Assembly: GCF_018977255.1 (NCBI RefSeq)
Contig: NW_024704743.1
Location: 64,730,001 to 64,794,000 of the forward strand
Direction: 5' to 3'
DNA: 64,000 nucleotides
Source: Callorhinchus milii
Taxonomy: Eukaryota
Shown: positions 13,141 to 26,345 of the stretch, in pieces
Position numbering within the stretch: position 1 is the first letter of the stretch
Layout: each line of letters starts with the position of its first letter
Translations under genes and position numbers: made by a program
Notes under the pieces: model-generated
Databases searched by the model: none
Told to the model about the DNA's origin: nothing
What the model saw: the letters and a program-made list of their open reading frames with translations, nothing else

Positions 13141-15679
13141 GATGTGAAACTTTGGCAAATGTCTTTTGGAAATCTGGGTACACTACATCATATAGCTTCC
13201 CACAGTCAATATGAGATTTCACCTCCTCAATAAAGTCAATGAGTCTGAATCTGTGTGGCTGTCAGTTATTACATCATCAACGAGATCAAAGATTGCCTTT
13301 GACTGTATTTAATCATGCTACAGGTTTCTAAACTGTGTCATGATCCATCTGAGAAAGTACATAAATAAAGGTTATTTTCAAAAATTAGGAAATAAACATC
13401 TGTTGCAGGATAGAAATCCATACAGGAAAGAGTTAAAATAAATTGCCTCTTTGTATTGCATCTCTATTGTGGGTCCAATCATATGATATCTTCCCTTTTC
13501 TACCAGCAACTTGTTTAGCAATTGTGTGACCATGTTGTTTCTTATCAACCAAAGCTGATGGCACAGGAAGCAGTCTAGCCTACCGCTGACATGTATCATA
13601 CATCATAAATAGAGAGGAAACAGGTATGTGGTGTAACACCCTCACAAAGTCCATTAACTATTGGGCAACTGCTCTTGCAACCACTCAGTGAACTCATCCC
13701 GGAGCAGTGAAACCCAGGACTTTCACAGGATCTCACTGTAATAGCATTTGCCCATAGCAATAATGAACTGAGGCAGGGTACCTCAATCACATTAAAGTGA
13801 GGTACAGAGTACATGCCCAAGTCCCATTGGTGCAGTTATTGAAGACATTAGTAAGTTTCTCTGCTTCCTGTTAGCAGGATCCTACTACAGGATCATTGCA
13901 ACACTCATAAATTTATCATTCATGTATCAAAGCAGATATAGTTTTATTAGTAATCTTTCCTCTCCCCCCACCTCAAACTCCTTCCCCCCCACACACAGTT
14001 TGGGTGCCCAGTGAGCTGTGTGAAATGCTTTGAGACGTCCTCCCGATATGAAAGGTGCTTATATGCGATATATAAATGTAAATTATTGTTGTTGTCCAAA
14101 CCTACACTAAAACAGGGAAAACTCATTATAGCTCTAATGTCTCAGTAAGCAAGGCAGACAAATTGTTGACATATGTGTTATTCCACATGAAGGGCAATAT
14201 ATAAATGCAAGTTGAGGTTGTTGGTGTCAGATTACTGATAAAACTATGGTCAAAATCAGCTTCTGTTTCCCCCAGGATAGCGATTCTATTGTGTTTATTT
14301 TTTTTCTTTTTGACTACTTTATTTAAATAATAATTAAACCTTTTGTCAATGCTGAAGGTGTCAAACCTGTGTGACTTCAATCAGATGCATCCTTAAAACC
14401 TGTCCTTAACGGCATTCCCTAACCTCAGCCGTATGGCTTCTCCGGCAGCCTGTTCAGAATTAAATCACCAACATCTTTGATATTAATGTAATGAGGGAAT
14501 TTTTTAATTCCCACTAGTTTCTGGAACTGATTTTTAGCTTAAAATGTTTACTTTCAACTTATTTTTAGCCTACCATCTGGCAAAGAAAGGCAACAAATAC
14601 ACTTCAAACTTCATGATCGGAAAACTTCTTGTGCCCTCAAATTGTGCCTGCTGAGGACATGTTGGTAGTAACAGTGAGTTTCAAACAGTCTGGGGAGAGA
14701 TAAACTGGTGGTAGGATGTACACAGAAGCTGAAGCCTAAGCCCTGGGGTCAGAGATGATGACACCAAGCGAAAGGTAATCCAGCCATCCAATGCTGACTG
14801 ATTTACCTTTCAAATGAATGAAGTCCCATTTACAACACAATCCCTCCCTTCTAAATCTGGGAAAGGCGTGTATTAAGACCCAAATCAACAATACAAGTAC
14901 TTTTATGGACTTCAATCTCTCCTTCTATGCTTGCCTTCATTGCATTGCTGCTGTTATCTATAAATACTATCTCTGCCAGAGAGTGTGTACTAACTAGATG
15001 TGTGTCTTGGTCAGAAGCACTGGTTCCTTATGCTCTGAAATATTTATTCCCCTTTGCTCCTCAGTCCAGTCTCTTTTGCCTCATTTCTTTTCTCTGCACA
15101 CACTTTGTTCGTACTTTTTTCATACCTACTGCAAACCTGAGTTTTAAAATTCATGCCAGATGATTTTCCTGACAGCCTCTGGTGTCTTTCTCTACAGACT
15201 TTGATTCCCTTATTCTGGAGGCAGGTGACCCTCTGTACTCTCCTGCAACGTCCGCATGTCTGTTACTGCTCATTCTGCTGCCTGCTGTTCTAACAGCTGT
15301 AGACTTCCCAAACACATTTGGCCTGTTTCTGAACAAAATTCCCATGGAAGCTACAGAGCTGCAGTAAATAACATTACAAAAGTTCAGGACTTAATGACAA
15401 CTTTATTTTCCCCAAGTGCACCTTTCCATTTTGTTTTACAGAAAGCTGCCATCTGGCATCTTTTTATTGACATTGGTACAGCTGAAATGAACCTGGAAGA
15501 TAGAGAACAATGAAGAAGAGAAAGACATATTCTTTCCACTAACTTATGACACTGCAGCTACCTGAAAACAGCAGAAGTTGACTTTGCCACTGATACAAAA
15601 TCGAATGGAACTTCCGTCTTTTCTTAGAAATGGACATTTCTCGATGTTTTCTGAACTCTCTTTTTGGTATTTTGTTGAA

Positions 15680-16330
15680 TAATATCATGGGTTCTTTAAC
15701 ACTACCTGAACAAGCAGATAGGACCTCAGTTTAATTTCTCATCTGAAGAATGGCACCTCTGAGAGTAGAGTACTTCCCCCAATACTGATCTGGAGTATCA
15801 GCTTGGACTATGAATTCAAAGTCCCGATGCAGGGTTTGAATCCACAATGGTCTGTCTCAGAGGCAAGAGTATACCACTTGAGCCAAACTGAGATCTGACA
15901 CCATTATATCTGAATCTGAGAATAAGGAGATTAAACTCCTGTACTATGTTCTCTAGTATTCTTTATGGTGGAAAGATTGAATGAATTAAGATGCAAATAC
16001 TTTTGTCATCTCTGCGTCTATGAAAACATCGCAAACAGCCATGGAGTGAGTGACCAATTTTATTTCAGGGATTGTTGGCCAAGACACCGGAATAAACTTC
16101 ACATCTTTTCAAACAGGGTCAGGGAATCTTTTAACATCCACCTAGACAAGTAGGCAGGAGCTCAGCTTAACACCTCAACTGAAGATTTGTACCTCTAGTA
16201 ACGCAACATACTCCAGGCACTGCATTGGAGCGTCAGCATGGACAATATGGGTTCATAGTCCTGACGTAGGGCTTGGACACACAACTATCTGACTCAGAGG
16301 TAAGTACTACCAACTGAGCCAGGCAGCCAC
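15680..16330 (-). mobile_element. Two neighbouring Deu-type SINE fragments (~15680-15890 and ~16025-16330)
   Basis: Both end in ...tcagagg..agt..taccac.tgagcca, the reverse complement of the SINE head. Confidence 0.78.
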
Positions 16331-17924
16331 ACAGATCTGCTGCACGAATTGCTGCGAGATTTTACCCATTGGCCTTTGTTTCAAACTTTGTCGAAGTACA
16401 ATTCACAATTCACAGGCTGCAATTTCGCAAGCCAGGAAGTCACCAACCAGAAGTTTCAATTAGCACAACCAATCCAGTTAACAGATATTGCAAACTTGTC
16501 CTCAATGAGCACTATTTATACAATTATTGTTGTAGAGACATAATTATTGGGATGATTAACCCACTTTGATGTAATCTGTAAAGTTAGGAGGTAATTAGTG
16601 GTCAGTCAATAGGTGGCACTAAATTTTCTTTCACAACAATTAAGCGACAGCCCTTCACGTTACAGTGCCAAATTGCAGGGAAAATTCACGCTTTAGATGC
16701 TTTGTTATATCTTTGTTGTATCCTGTTCAGGATTTATGCTGCTGACCATGATGCAGTGCAGAGTGGGAAGCCTTCTTATTACAGGGTATTGTTGGTGTGG
16801 GGCAACTGAATAACTAATTTTAAAGTTCTGTGCATTCGCTGAGTTGCATGGCCGGAGAATTTCAAAACCAAAGAATCCACATGGTCATAATCTTAAAACA
16901 ATTCTTAAAATGCTGTACACTGTTCAGCGCCTTGGGGTGTCCTCCCAACGTGAAAGGTGCTATACAAATGTAATCTTGTTGTTGTTGTTTCGTGAAATTA
17001 CACGTGAAATGAAAATAATTAGTCTTTGGAAACCAGTTTGCTGCAGTTTCCAAAAAAAAAGTTTAAGACAATGGTCCTCAGACTAAAGATAATGTAACAT
17101 TTCAGGTCTGAAGCTTTTTTTAAAATATTATGTTTATATTACAGATCCAGTAGATCAACAAACTCTTTAATAACATAAAAAATGTTTTCTTGAAAGTTTT
17201 TGTGAGGTACACTGCAATGGCCAAAATTGTTTAAGGGACTTTTGGACTGTGGAGCCAGTGTCATTCAGAAATGAAAGTGTTGGCAAAACCATCTCCTCAG
17301 AGCAGTTTTATGATTCAAGGTAAAAATTGCAGTATAAATTGCATGAAAAGTTATATTCTTTTATCCGCCAGATACTATTATCTCAGTGTAAACTACAAAC
17401 ATCTTAACTGCTTGACGGGAATTTCCATTGGCTGCCCATTGACAAATGTTATTAAAAAATGTTGTCTATACAAATTTGGAAGCTCTCAAAAGATAACTTA
17501 CCACCAAATGATTACCTTTAAAGTCACTCTACCCCTAATCTTTGAGACTCCCTGTCTTAAGCCTTCCACCTCACCCCCTCTTTATCTACATTTAAATCTC
17601 ACTTTAAGATTTTCCTTTTCGACTAACTCTATGGTCACCTCCAGCTTCCCTTTCCTTGCTCAACATCCAACCCCACCAAGACTCTATGCTGTGTGAATGG
17701 CACTGTATAAATGCAAGTTGTTTTTGTTACCTGATGGTACATACAATCCTTATTCTTATCCGAATACAGCCATATAGAGAATAAATTCTATTTTCTTCAA
17801 TTTGAAGGTGGTGTTAGGTGAAGGAGATGTTAGGTAAACGATTTAGAGAATTCATGAGGACTCATTCCTCCAGAGAATTTCCTTTCAACCGCTTGGGTTG
17901 TATTTTAACACTGTTTTTCAGGTC

Positions 17925-18202
17925 ATGGAGGCATGCAGTGGTTAGAGCACTAGCCTAGCAAATAAGAGGACCCGGGTTTGATTCCTGGGCGGGACGAAAC
18001 TTTAGGCAATTTTCCTTACTCCACACGCCTCTGTCTATCTAGCAGTAAGTAGGAACCCACTCAATCTATTACTTTTTGTGGGACACTGCTGTGTGCAATT
18101 GGCTGTCACGTTTCATCCACTAAATACAGTCAATTCACTACAGTATATGCTGTGAAGCACTTTGGGACGTCTCAACATATCAAATGCAAGGATTATTATT
18201 AT
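17925..18202 (+). mobile_element. Same SINE family, diverged long-variant copy
   Basis: Head gtggttagagcact...gggtttgattcc, core gcctctgtctatctagcagtaagtagg, tail tgcaaggattattatt. Confidence 0.85.
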
Positions 18203-18889
18203 TCTATATTACGGAGTGTCCTTTGTCTGAGCCTTTGTTCTGTAATGCACAATAACAGATGCAGTAGACAACTTGTCACAACTGCTCCTGATCCACATGC
18301 TATGACTACTGGTATGGTCCCGGCTGGCACAAATCTAAGATGACAGGACTAATGGATTAGGAAAGGTAATTGTATCAAATAACATAACTAAAAAATAAGC
18401 AAAAGCTCCTTTCAATATTATGAAGCCAGGATTTATGTTCATGCTCATTCATTTCTATGGAAACCAGCAGCATTCCGTGTAAAATAACAGTAATTTGAAT
18501 CTGTAGTTTGCAGTCTATACTCCCACACATATCTTTGCAAATACTATTTTTTTCACAAAGGTTCATTTAAGCAGATTCATTGAACTGCCCATTGTTCATC
18601 CTCTACTACATTCTACTCATCTTAAATAAATACCTTCCTAGTAGCTCTCAAGTCGATTCTAAACCTCCCATGATTACATATTTAAAGCATGTTCTCCCAA
18701 ATAAGCTATACCTTATTCTCTTTACTGCCCTTGCACATGTAAGTATTTATCTGTTACCTGAATTAATTGCTTCCTGCACTGTTTAAAGAAGTAGGATGAT
18801 TCAATTCTATTGTCAAAAATATGTGTGTAAGAATAAGAACAATCAGAGAACAATCTGGGTAAAATTCAATCCGGGTCTAGATTTATTCT

Positions 18890-19195
18890 CTTTCTGTAGC
18901 ATTTCAGTGAGTCAGTAACTCAAGGACATCAATTTAAGGTAATTAGGTATCAAGCAAATGGAGAGGTTAGGAGAATGTTTTTTACACAGAGTAGTTAGGA
19001 TATGGAATGTCCTACCGGGAGCGGTGGTTGATGCAAAATTCATATTGGCCTTCAAGAGGAAACTGGATAAATGCTTTGAAAAGAGTCAGCTACAAGGGTA
19101 TGGGGAAAGGGCAGGTAAATGGGACTGAAGGATTGCTCTTGAGGGAATGGCACAGACTCTTCTTGTGTGCCATACATTTCTGTGGTTCTATGGTT
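18890..19195 (+). mobile_element. CR1 3' remnant
   Basis: tttttacacagagtagttaggatatggaatg...ttcaagaggaaactggataa. Confidence 0.75.
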
Positions 19196-20465
19196 CATAG
19201 CATACAGAATTTATCAAATTGTTAAATAGTCTTAACTTTAAAGCTGTCTCTCTAAAGCTGCTTTAAAGCTGATTAAAAAAAGAAATTAAAGCTGTATTTA
19301 ATAATTTGCCAAAAGCTCTATGCTCTAAAATGTTATGTTAACCCATTAAATCTGGTCCCAGGTGGAATTTTACTCCTTTTTTTTACAAATATTATAAATA
19401 AGCAGAATAACACTCCCAGTGCATCACTGCCATTTATAATGCAGATAGACTGAATTAACATGTACATGTGTGTTTCTACCTGCCTGCAGCATGAGTCCAT
19501 TCTCAAGAATGACATGAAGAAAAAAATATCAGTGGACTCATTATTGTCCCTATCTGATCCCCTAAAAGATGGGAACAGATGTATTATTTATACAACTGCA
19601 TCTTGCAGTTTTCATACAAAAAAGTAGTTTATAAATTAGTGAGGGAAAAGGCTAAAAAATGTAGTGGTGACCATCAGAGCAACCATGATTTTGCCATTTC
19701 TGAAGCTGGGCATTGAAACTTATTGCTCAGTCACACTTGGCAGCATTTCTGCTTGCTTCAGTTTAAGAGCTGAGATAACCTGGGAGCTGAGGCTGAGCAC
19801 GGTAACAAACACAAAGAAAAGCCCAGCAAGGAAATAGCACCAAAGCACTGTTTCTGGTCAGGACATCTGTTCAGGTGGACATGTGATTGGGAGTTCTGCT
19901 CAAGTGGGTAAATGCCAAAGAGTATATTCACTACAGAGTCTCATCTTGGAATATTTTTTGATAAAGCCTCTGTGATGACTGTTGTCACATTGCCTAGTAG
20001 TTTGCCTCTGTATGAAACCACTAAGATGTTTGAAGAGGGGGAATCTGACCTTTCAATGGTAGATACACTGTCATTCTAAAATATCAATATGACCCAGAGT
20101 TAACTGACTTGTCAAATAGCAGCTGGAAGCTAACTCATCAACTGACATAAAACCAGCGTAGGTCGGCTATAATTAATATGTTGTGACTGAACAGCTACAT
20201 CACCATCAGAGGTTGCTACATAGAGGATTTTGCTAATGGCATGCAGATTGTTAAAGTAACATGAAAAGAAATACACACTTATATCTGAATGATTCTAGTC
20301 AATAAACAATAAAATGAAAATAAAATGCAAATAGAGAGAAGGATGAATTTCTCTTTTTAGAATAATTGTAACATACTTTAAATTTGTATTCATGTAAACA
20401 AAATGAAGCAACTGGAGGTATATTGTTAACAGAGACAAACAGAGGAAGACATGGACATCATATAT

Positions 20466-20511
20466 AGCAATATATATAAATGTATAAATATATACATTTA
20501 TATATATTGCT
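20466..20511. repeat. Perfect AT-rich inverted repeat, 21-bp arms with a 4-nt loop
   Basis: AGCAATATATATAAATGTATA-aata-TATACATTTATATATATTGCT. Confidence 0.95.
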
Positions 20512-20559
20512 TGTCAGTTTTTCTCTTTCCGTTTCTCCTTTTTTGAAGATATTTTATGG

Positions 20560-20740
20560 TGTGTCAGCCTGGTTCACTTGATAGCACTCACACCTCTGAG
20601 TCAGAAGGTTGTGGGTTCAAACTCACATTGGGACTTAGAAGTCATATAATCTGGGCTAAGACTACAATGCAATGCTGGGGTGTGCTGCATTGTTGGAGGT
20701 GCTATCCATTAGCTGAGATGTTAAACTGAGATTCCCTATC
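20560..20740 (+). mobile_element. Deu-type SINE 5' half
   Basis: agcactcacacctctgagtcagaaggttgtgggttcaa head. Confidence 0.78.
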
Positions 20741-21040
20741 TCTGGAATGGATTGTGTACTCTCTCTTTGGAGGGAATCATCCTGTTTAACTAATTCAAGA
20801 GAGTATTCGGTGCAGTTTTGTGCACCTGAGAATGAGAGTTGGGATGCTGCTGGAGTTTAACCAGCCAAAATTGCGTAGCTTGCCATTGAAAGCTGTGTCT
20901 GACAAGTCTCCCACTGCTTGTCCAACAAGGGCAAACCAATTCGTAAGCCTTTGGCTTGCAGGATTATCAGGATCTGAGTGGGAAGAATCCCTGATCTCAG
21001 ATTATTTCAGATGAGTATTGGCCTGAAAGCAAGCCATTCA
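20740..21040 (-). mobile_element. Same family, fragment
   Basis: ctgctggagtttaaccagc...tttggcttgcagg shared with 33530-33640. Confidence 0.7.
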
Positions 21041-21489
21041 TAAACACAAACAGGTAGCAACTTGCAATTTGGGAATGATACATTTTCAATCTGCAAAATT
21101 CTTCCACCAGTAGTGATTCAGTAGACTTTTTTTTCCTCCTCCGGATCACTTTCACTCAGAATTGAGCAATGTACCACCAATGTGAACTAATGTTTTCCGG
21201 CCTCTTTTGGTGAATTGCTCCATTTCACTCAGAATTTTTCCCCTTCTTGTATTTTTGTATCTTGTAGACACTCTATAACCTGTTTTTCTATTTCACTATT
21301 TTAATTTCCCTAATTGTCCATCTGAAATTGTATACTTGGACCTGGTTATAGAGGAGATAGTGAAAGCATAGAGGAACAGATTATAGCTGACAGCATTAGT
21401 GATGAGATGAGGATGACCACCAATAGGATGGACTGAATAGCCTCCTCCTGTGTGGTATATGTTCCATTTCTATGAGAGTTATGAACCAG

Positions 21490-21902
21490 GTTATGAGCCA
21501 AGTGTAGCACTCACATCTCCGGATCAGAAAGTTGTGGATTCAAGCCCCAAATTGGACCTTTGAGCTCACTCTCTACTCTGAGACTCCAGCACAGTGCTGG
21601 GGGCGTACTACTTTCTCAGTGACAATATCCTTTGGATAAGATGTTAAACCAAGGTTCTTTTTGCCTGTTACAGTGGATATTAAAGATCTCATGACACTTT
21701 CCAAAAGGTGAAGGGAGTTTCTTCCAGTGCTCTGGTCAATAATCCCCCAAACAAAATAAAATTCTTGATTGTTGTGGGCAAATTGACTGCTGTATTCACC
21801 TACAAATACGCAGTCAATAAATATGCTTTACAGCAATTTTCTGTGAAGTGCTTTGAGACTGTAATGTTTTGATGTTATATCAATTCCAGGGATTATTATT
21901 AT
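21490..21902 (+). mobile_element. Older Deu-type SINE
   Basis: Colinear with 24640-25017. Confidence 0.8.
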
Positions 21903-22199
21903 TTATCAGCAAATTGGATTCATATAAGAGGCTCATTTATTAAACTACAACAATCACAAGTTTGTTCTAAAACATTCATTAAACCTTGCACAGGGAAATG
22001 GGAGTTGTATTTCCACCTGCCTGTATGTTCTTAAGTTTGACACGATGAACTTTCCCTTTTGCAGAGTGGGTAGAGTGAAAAAAGTTGTACGTTACACTTA
22101 ACTCATTCTGTTGTACCTTACACTTAAGTCATACTGTACCTTACGCCACAGTTACAGTGCTGGAGCCAAAGTAGAAATGTGTTTGATTACCCAGTGTGG

Positions 22200-23130
22200 C
22201 AGTTATAGAAATTTACAGCACAGAACATTCAGCCTATCATGCCTGTGCCAGCTCTCTGAAAGTGCTATCTATTTAGTCCCATTCTCCTACTTTTTCTCTG
22301 TACCTTTCTTTATTTTTCCTTTTCAGATATTTATCTTATTCTCTCTTAAAAGCTAAAATAGATTATGCTTCAACCTATGTTCCAAATAAACCATTCCACA
22401 TCTTACCAACCCTCTGTGTAAACTATATTTCCCTAACCTCTTTTCATAATTGATGTGGAGTCCTATAGCTTAGTGGTTAGAGAACTTGCCTCGCAAGCGA
22501 GAGACCTGGGTTCGGTTCCCAGGCAGAGCAAAACGACGTTGGGCAAGTTTCCTTACTCCACATGGCTCTGTTTACCTAGAAGTTAGTAGGAATCCAGTTG
22601 TTAGTCGATTGGCGGATTGCTTCCCTGGGGGTAATAATCCCTTCAAAAAATAATTTGGTCACTTAATCCGCGACTGGTTGTGGGACACTGCTGTGTGCAA
22701 CTGGTTGCTGCGTTTCACCCACAAAATATAGTCAATCCCCTTTACAGTATGCTCTGTGAAGCACTTTGAGACATCTAAAATATATGATAAGACTCTATAT
22801 CAAAAGCAAGGATTATTATTATTATCATGAATGCCTGAATTATCTTAAAGCTATAGCCTTCAGTTCCTGACTCAAAAATCCTCTATCAGTTCTCCTCTGA
22901 ATCTTCTCTGTTGTCGGCAAAAAAAGATCCAGTTCCTCTAGCCTTTTCTGTTAGTGAATATACTCTCCACCCTCTCTATTTGCTGTCTATTGACATCCTT
23001 CCTATAATGGGGTAGTCAAAACTGACATACTACTCTGATTGTAGCCTAACTAATGATTTATACAGAATTAGCATGTACTCCTTTAATCTTACATTCTATC
23101 ATAGTTGGAATATACCTAACCACATTCCCC
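22200..23130 (-). mobile_element. CR1 remnant split by the SINE at 22457-22825
   Basis: Homologous to 1570-2180 on both sides of the SINE. Confidence 0.7.
22457..22825 (+). mobile_element. Same SINE family, long variant with an extra central segment, inserted into a CR1
   Basis: Same head and tail as 56-378, plus ggctctgtttacctagaagttagtaggaatccagttgttagtcgattggcgg. Confidence 0.88.
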
Positions 23131-24639
23131 ATTTTGCTCAACAATAAATAAAAACAGTGGCAGATGTCAGAGCGAGTGAAGTTCCCTATAAGAGTCTGTG
23201 CAGGTATATGTGAAATATTGGCTTCCCACACTATTGTATTTGGGTGGGTGTGAGTCAGGGCATGTTTCAGAAATGAGAGAGGATTACATGCATCCGCCAC
23301 AATATAACCAAGCATAACCAAACTACTATTTTTCAAGGTTGGGGGTCACTGTGAAGTGGAAATTGTGAGTTAATGAGATGTGTCTGATTCAGGCAGATGG
23401 ATCATTTATTTTGCAATATATTGGATCTGCTTGATTTTTCCCCTCCTTCACCTTTCTCGGTGCTCTTATAAGAACACAAGAAATGTTAGGCAGAAAGAAG
23501 ACCAAGGTTCACCTAGTTCACTTACACTTGCTTAGTTACACAGAGAAAATCCTATATAAACACAGGAAATATGCACAATTAGTGAGAAACAGAATGATCA
23601 TAAAATAATCCTTGCATTTGATGTAGAATCTGAAACATCAAAATGTTTTACAGGAAGTGCTGTCAAGTGTAGTGACTGTGTGCTTGAAGGCAAATACATC
23701 CAGGCACATGATCTGCAAGTAATATTCAAGGTAATTTTTAAAACAATAATTGTAGACAACTGAATTCCTATCTTACCTCTGTTACAAGTTAAATTTATTG
23801 CAATTATGGATGAGTTTCCAAATTAATTCCAGTTCATGTCCAATTAAAGAAAATAGAATAGAGATCTGAACATAATGCAAGTGTTATAATTAGGAGGGAT
23901 GTAAAATGAATATTAAAGGTATAGGGAGCAAGTAGGAGTGGGATTAGATTAGGTGACAAGTGGAGAGAAACACCAGCACAGACCTAATATGACGCATTTC
24001 CGTGCTGTAATATTCTATGATTCTAAAGGAAAACAGAAGCAAGAACTTTCCAGAGCTATGAAGATCCTTCTTCAGATACTCCCCTCCTCACCCTTTATCA
24101 CCAGTGAGATTGGAAGTAGACTCACTATCCTCACCCTCCAGGAAACTATCAAGGATCTTAGATATGTCTCAACCAAACTAGACTGAAAAGGTCAGCACAA
24201 AAATTATAATAGGTTTTTGGACCAATTTATAATTTTTCTTTTAGAGAACAGCAGCCTACCAAGATCAGCTACTTCCAACACCAGTTGTCATTACTCGGTT
24301 ATATGCAAAGCATCATTACAAACAGATGAATCACTGGCCTCTATTCTCTTAACATGTGGTATAGATTACAGCACAGTAAACCCTGATACTTCTGGTCTAG
24401 TCTAGAACCTTACCAGGCAGTGGCTTTGGTGGCAAACTATGTGTTTTAGTGGGTTAAATTCCAGTAATACCCCAATACATATTCTGGGGTCTCCAAGCCT
24501 TAGATCTGCCAACCTCCACCAAATTTGGTTTGAGACATCCTCTAGACATGAAATGTGCTATATAAATGTAAATTGTGTTGTAATTGGATAAATTCTCTAT
24601 GGAATTAAGTAAGCAAATAATAAGGTAATTGGGTGGGAG

Positions 24640-25017
24640 TTAACCTGGTTCAGTGGTAGCACTCTCATCACTGAGGCAGAAGATTGTGGGTTCAAGCCCC
24701 AAGTCGGGACTTGAACTCACATTGTCTGATGCTCCAATGCTGAGATGGTGGTGTGCAATATTATTGGAGGTGCCATCCTTTGAATTAAATGTTAAACTGA
24801 GGTCCAGTCTGCCTGTTTAGGTGGATATTAAAGATCCCATGGCACTATTCAAAAAGAGAAGGGAGTTTTTCCCAGTGTCTGGCCAACAATCCCCTAAAAT
24901 AAAATTGATTATTCACTTCATGGTTGTTTGTTGGACATTGCTGTGTGCAAAATCGCTGCCCTGTTCGCCCACAAATACACAGTCCTGCTATACCAAATGC
25001 AAGGATTATTATTATTA
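24640..25017 (+). mobile_element. Older Deu-type SINE (SacSINE1/EshSINE-like)
   Basis: Head tggttcagtggtagcactctc...gggttcaagcccc, Deu-like gtggatattaaagatcccatggcactattc, shared tail. Confidence 0.85.
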
Positions 25018-25454
25018 AGCAGAGGAGATCCTTCCAGGAACTGAGTTTGCATTGCATTCCAGAAACAGGAACAAATTATATGTGTTGATGGAATACATAT
25101 GTGGAACTCATAAGCATCATAATGGGTTGTCTCATTTGTCAAACATCTGGCCGACAAAAAAAAACTACAATATTAACTTTACATTTCACTTCAGACACAT
25201 TATAGTAGTCCAGGATTTATAGTTACTCATAGGATCACATCACTAAACTGATATAGGATGGATTTGTTCTTTGGAAAAAAAGGATATGCAATTCGGAAAT
25301 GAATTGCCCAGTTATACCTGTCTATCTCAGAGGGCTTTACTTTAAGAATAGAGAACACCTACTTTATTCAGTTTGTCAATTAAACCTTGCGTTTGACTCC
25401 AACCCCAAACATTGTTGGGTGTCTGACACATGTGGAAAACTGTTATCATCTCAA

Positions 25455-25672
25455 TTCAGGCTCCGTTTTGGCCCCTCCGTTGCTTCTTTCAAGACCCATC
25501 TCAAGAACCTCCTCTTCGACTGTGCCTTTGATCACCCTCCTTCCCCCCCCCTGCCCTTCACCCTGCCTGATCCCAATCCGCAGCTCGGGTCCGAAACACT
25601 GATTGTCCAGCGCCTTGGACGTCCTCCCAACATGAAAGGCGCTATACAAATGTAATTTTGTTGTTCTTGTTG
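25455..25672 (+). mobile_element. L2 3' tail
   Basis: SFKTHLKNLLFD motif, then tgaaaggcgctatacaaatgtaattttgttg. Confidence 0.85.
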
Positions 25673-25704
25673 TTAGTGGGACACACAAATTTTTATTGTG
25701 TTTG

Positions 25705-26345
25705 GAATGGAATGCACTCTCTCTCTCTCTCTCTCGTTGGAGCAATTCACTCTGCTTACCTAAATCCATAGAGTATTTGGTGCAGGTTGGCAAGATGCAA
25801 GCTTTTAGGGACCTCAGAACATGTGTTGGGTTACTGCTGGAGTTTAGCAGCTAAAACTGCAAAGCTTGTCTTTGAGAGCCCTCTTTAGCAAGCTTCCCAT
25901 TGCTTATCCAACTAGAATCTATCTACTGTATCTATCAGAGTTTTGGCATGTAGTGTTAACAGGAGATCAGTGGGAGAATCCCTGTCTCCATTGACTCGGT
26001 TCCCCCTCCAAGACCTCTTCGTAAGTCAGGATGGCTGGTCTGTCTTCAGCAGTTCCATAGAGTAACTGTGGACCTGTCTGACTCAGGAATTGGATTACCA
26101 ATTACCAAGACTCCTGCAGAGGGTTGAATCGATTTAAACATTGTGTTACCAAGCATGTCACCTTGGAGCCACCTCAATTTAGTTCCAAAAAGCTCCATTT
26201 ACCTCCCCCACCCCCAGAAAATAGTTACTATTTCATCATTTGACAGCCGACAAGTGGGGGTTTGAACCCTCACTCGGTGGATAGCAGGTACCAGGAACTG
26301 GGTGTGAGCTTCCTGGTGAGCAGCACAGCCCGTGAGAGCAAACCC
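25705..26345 (-). mobile_element. Same L1/Tx1-like family, fragment
   Basis: Colinear with ~33400-34000. Confidence 0.7.
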
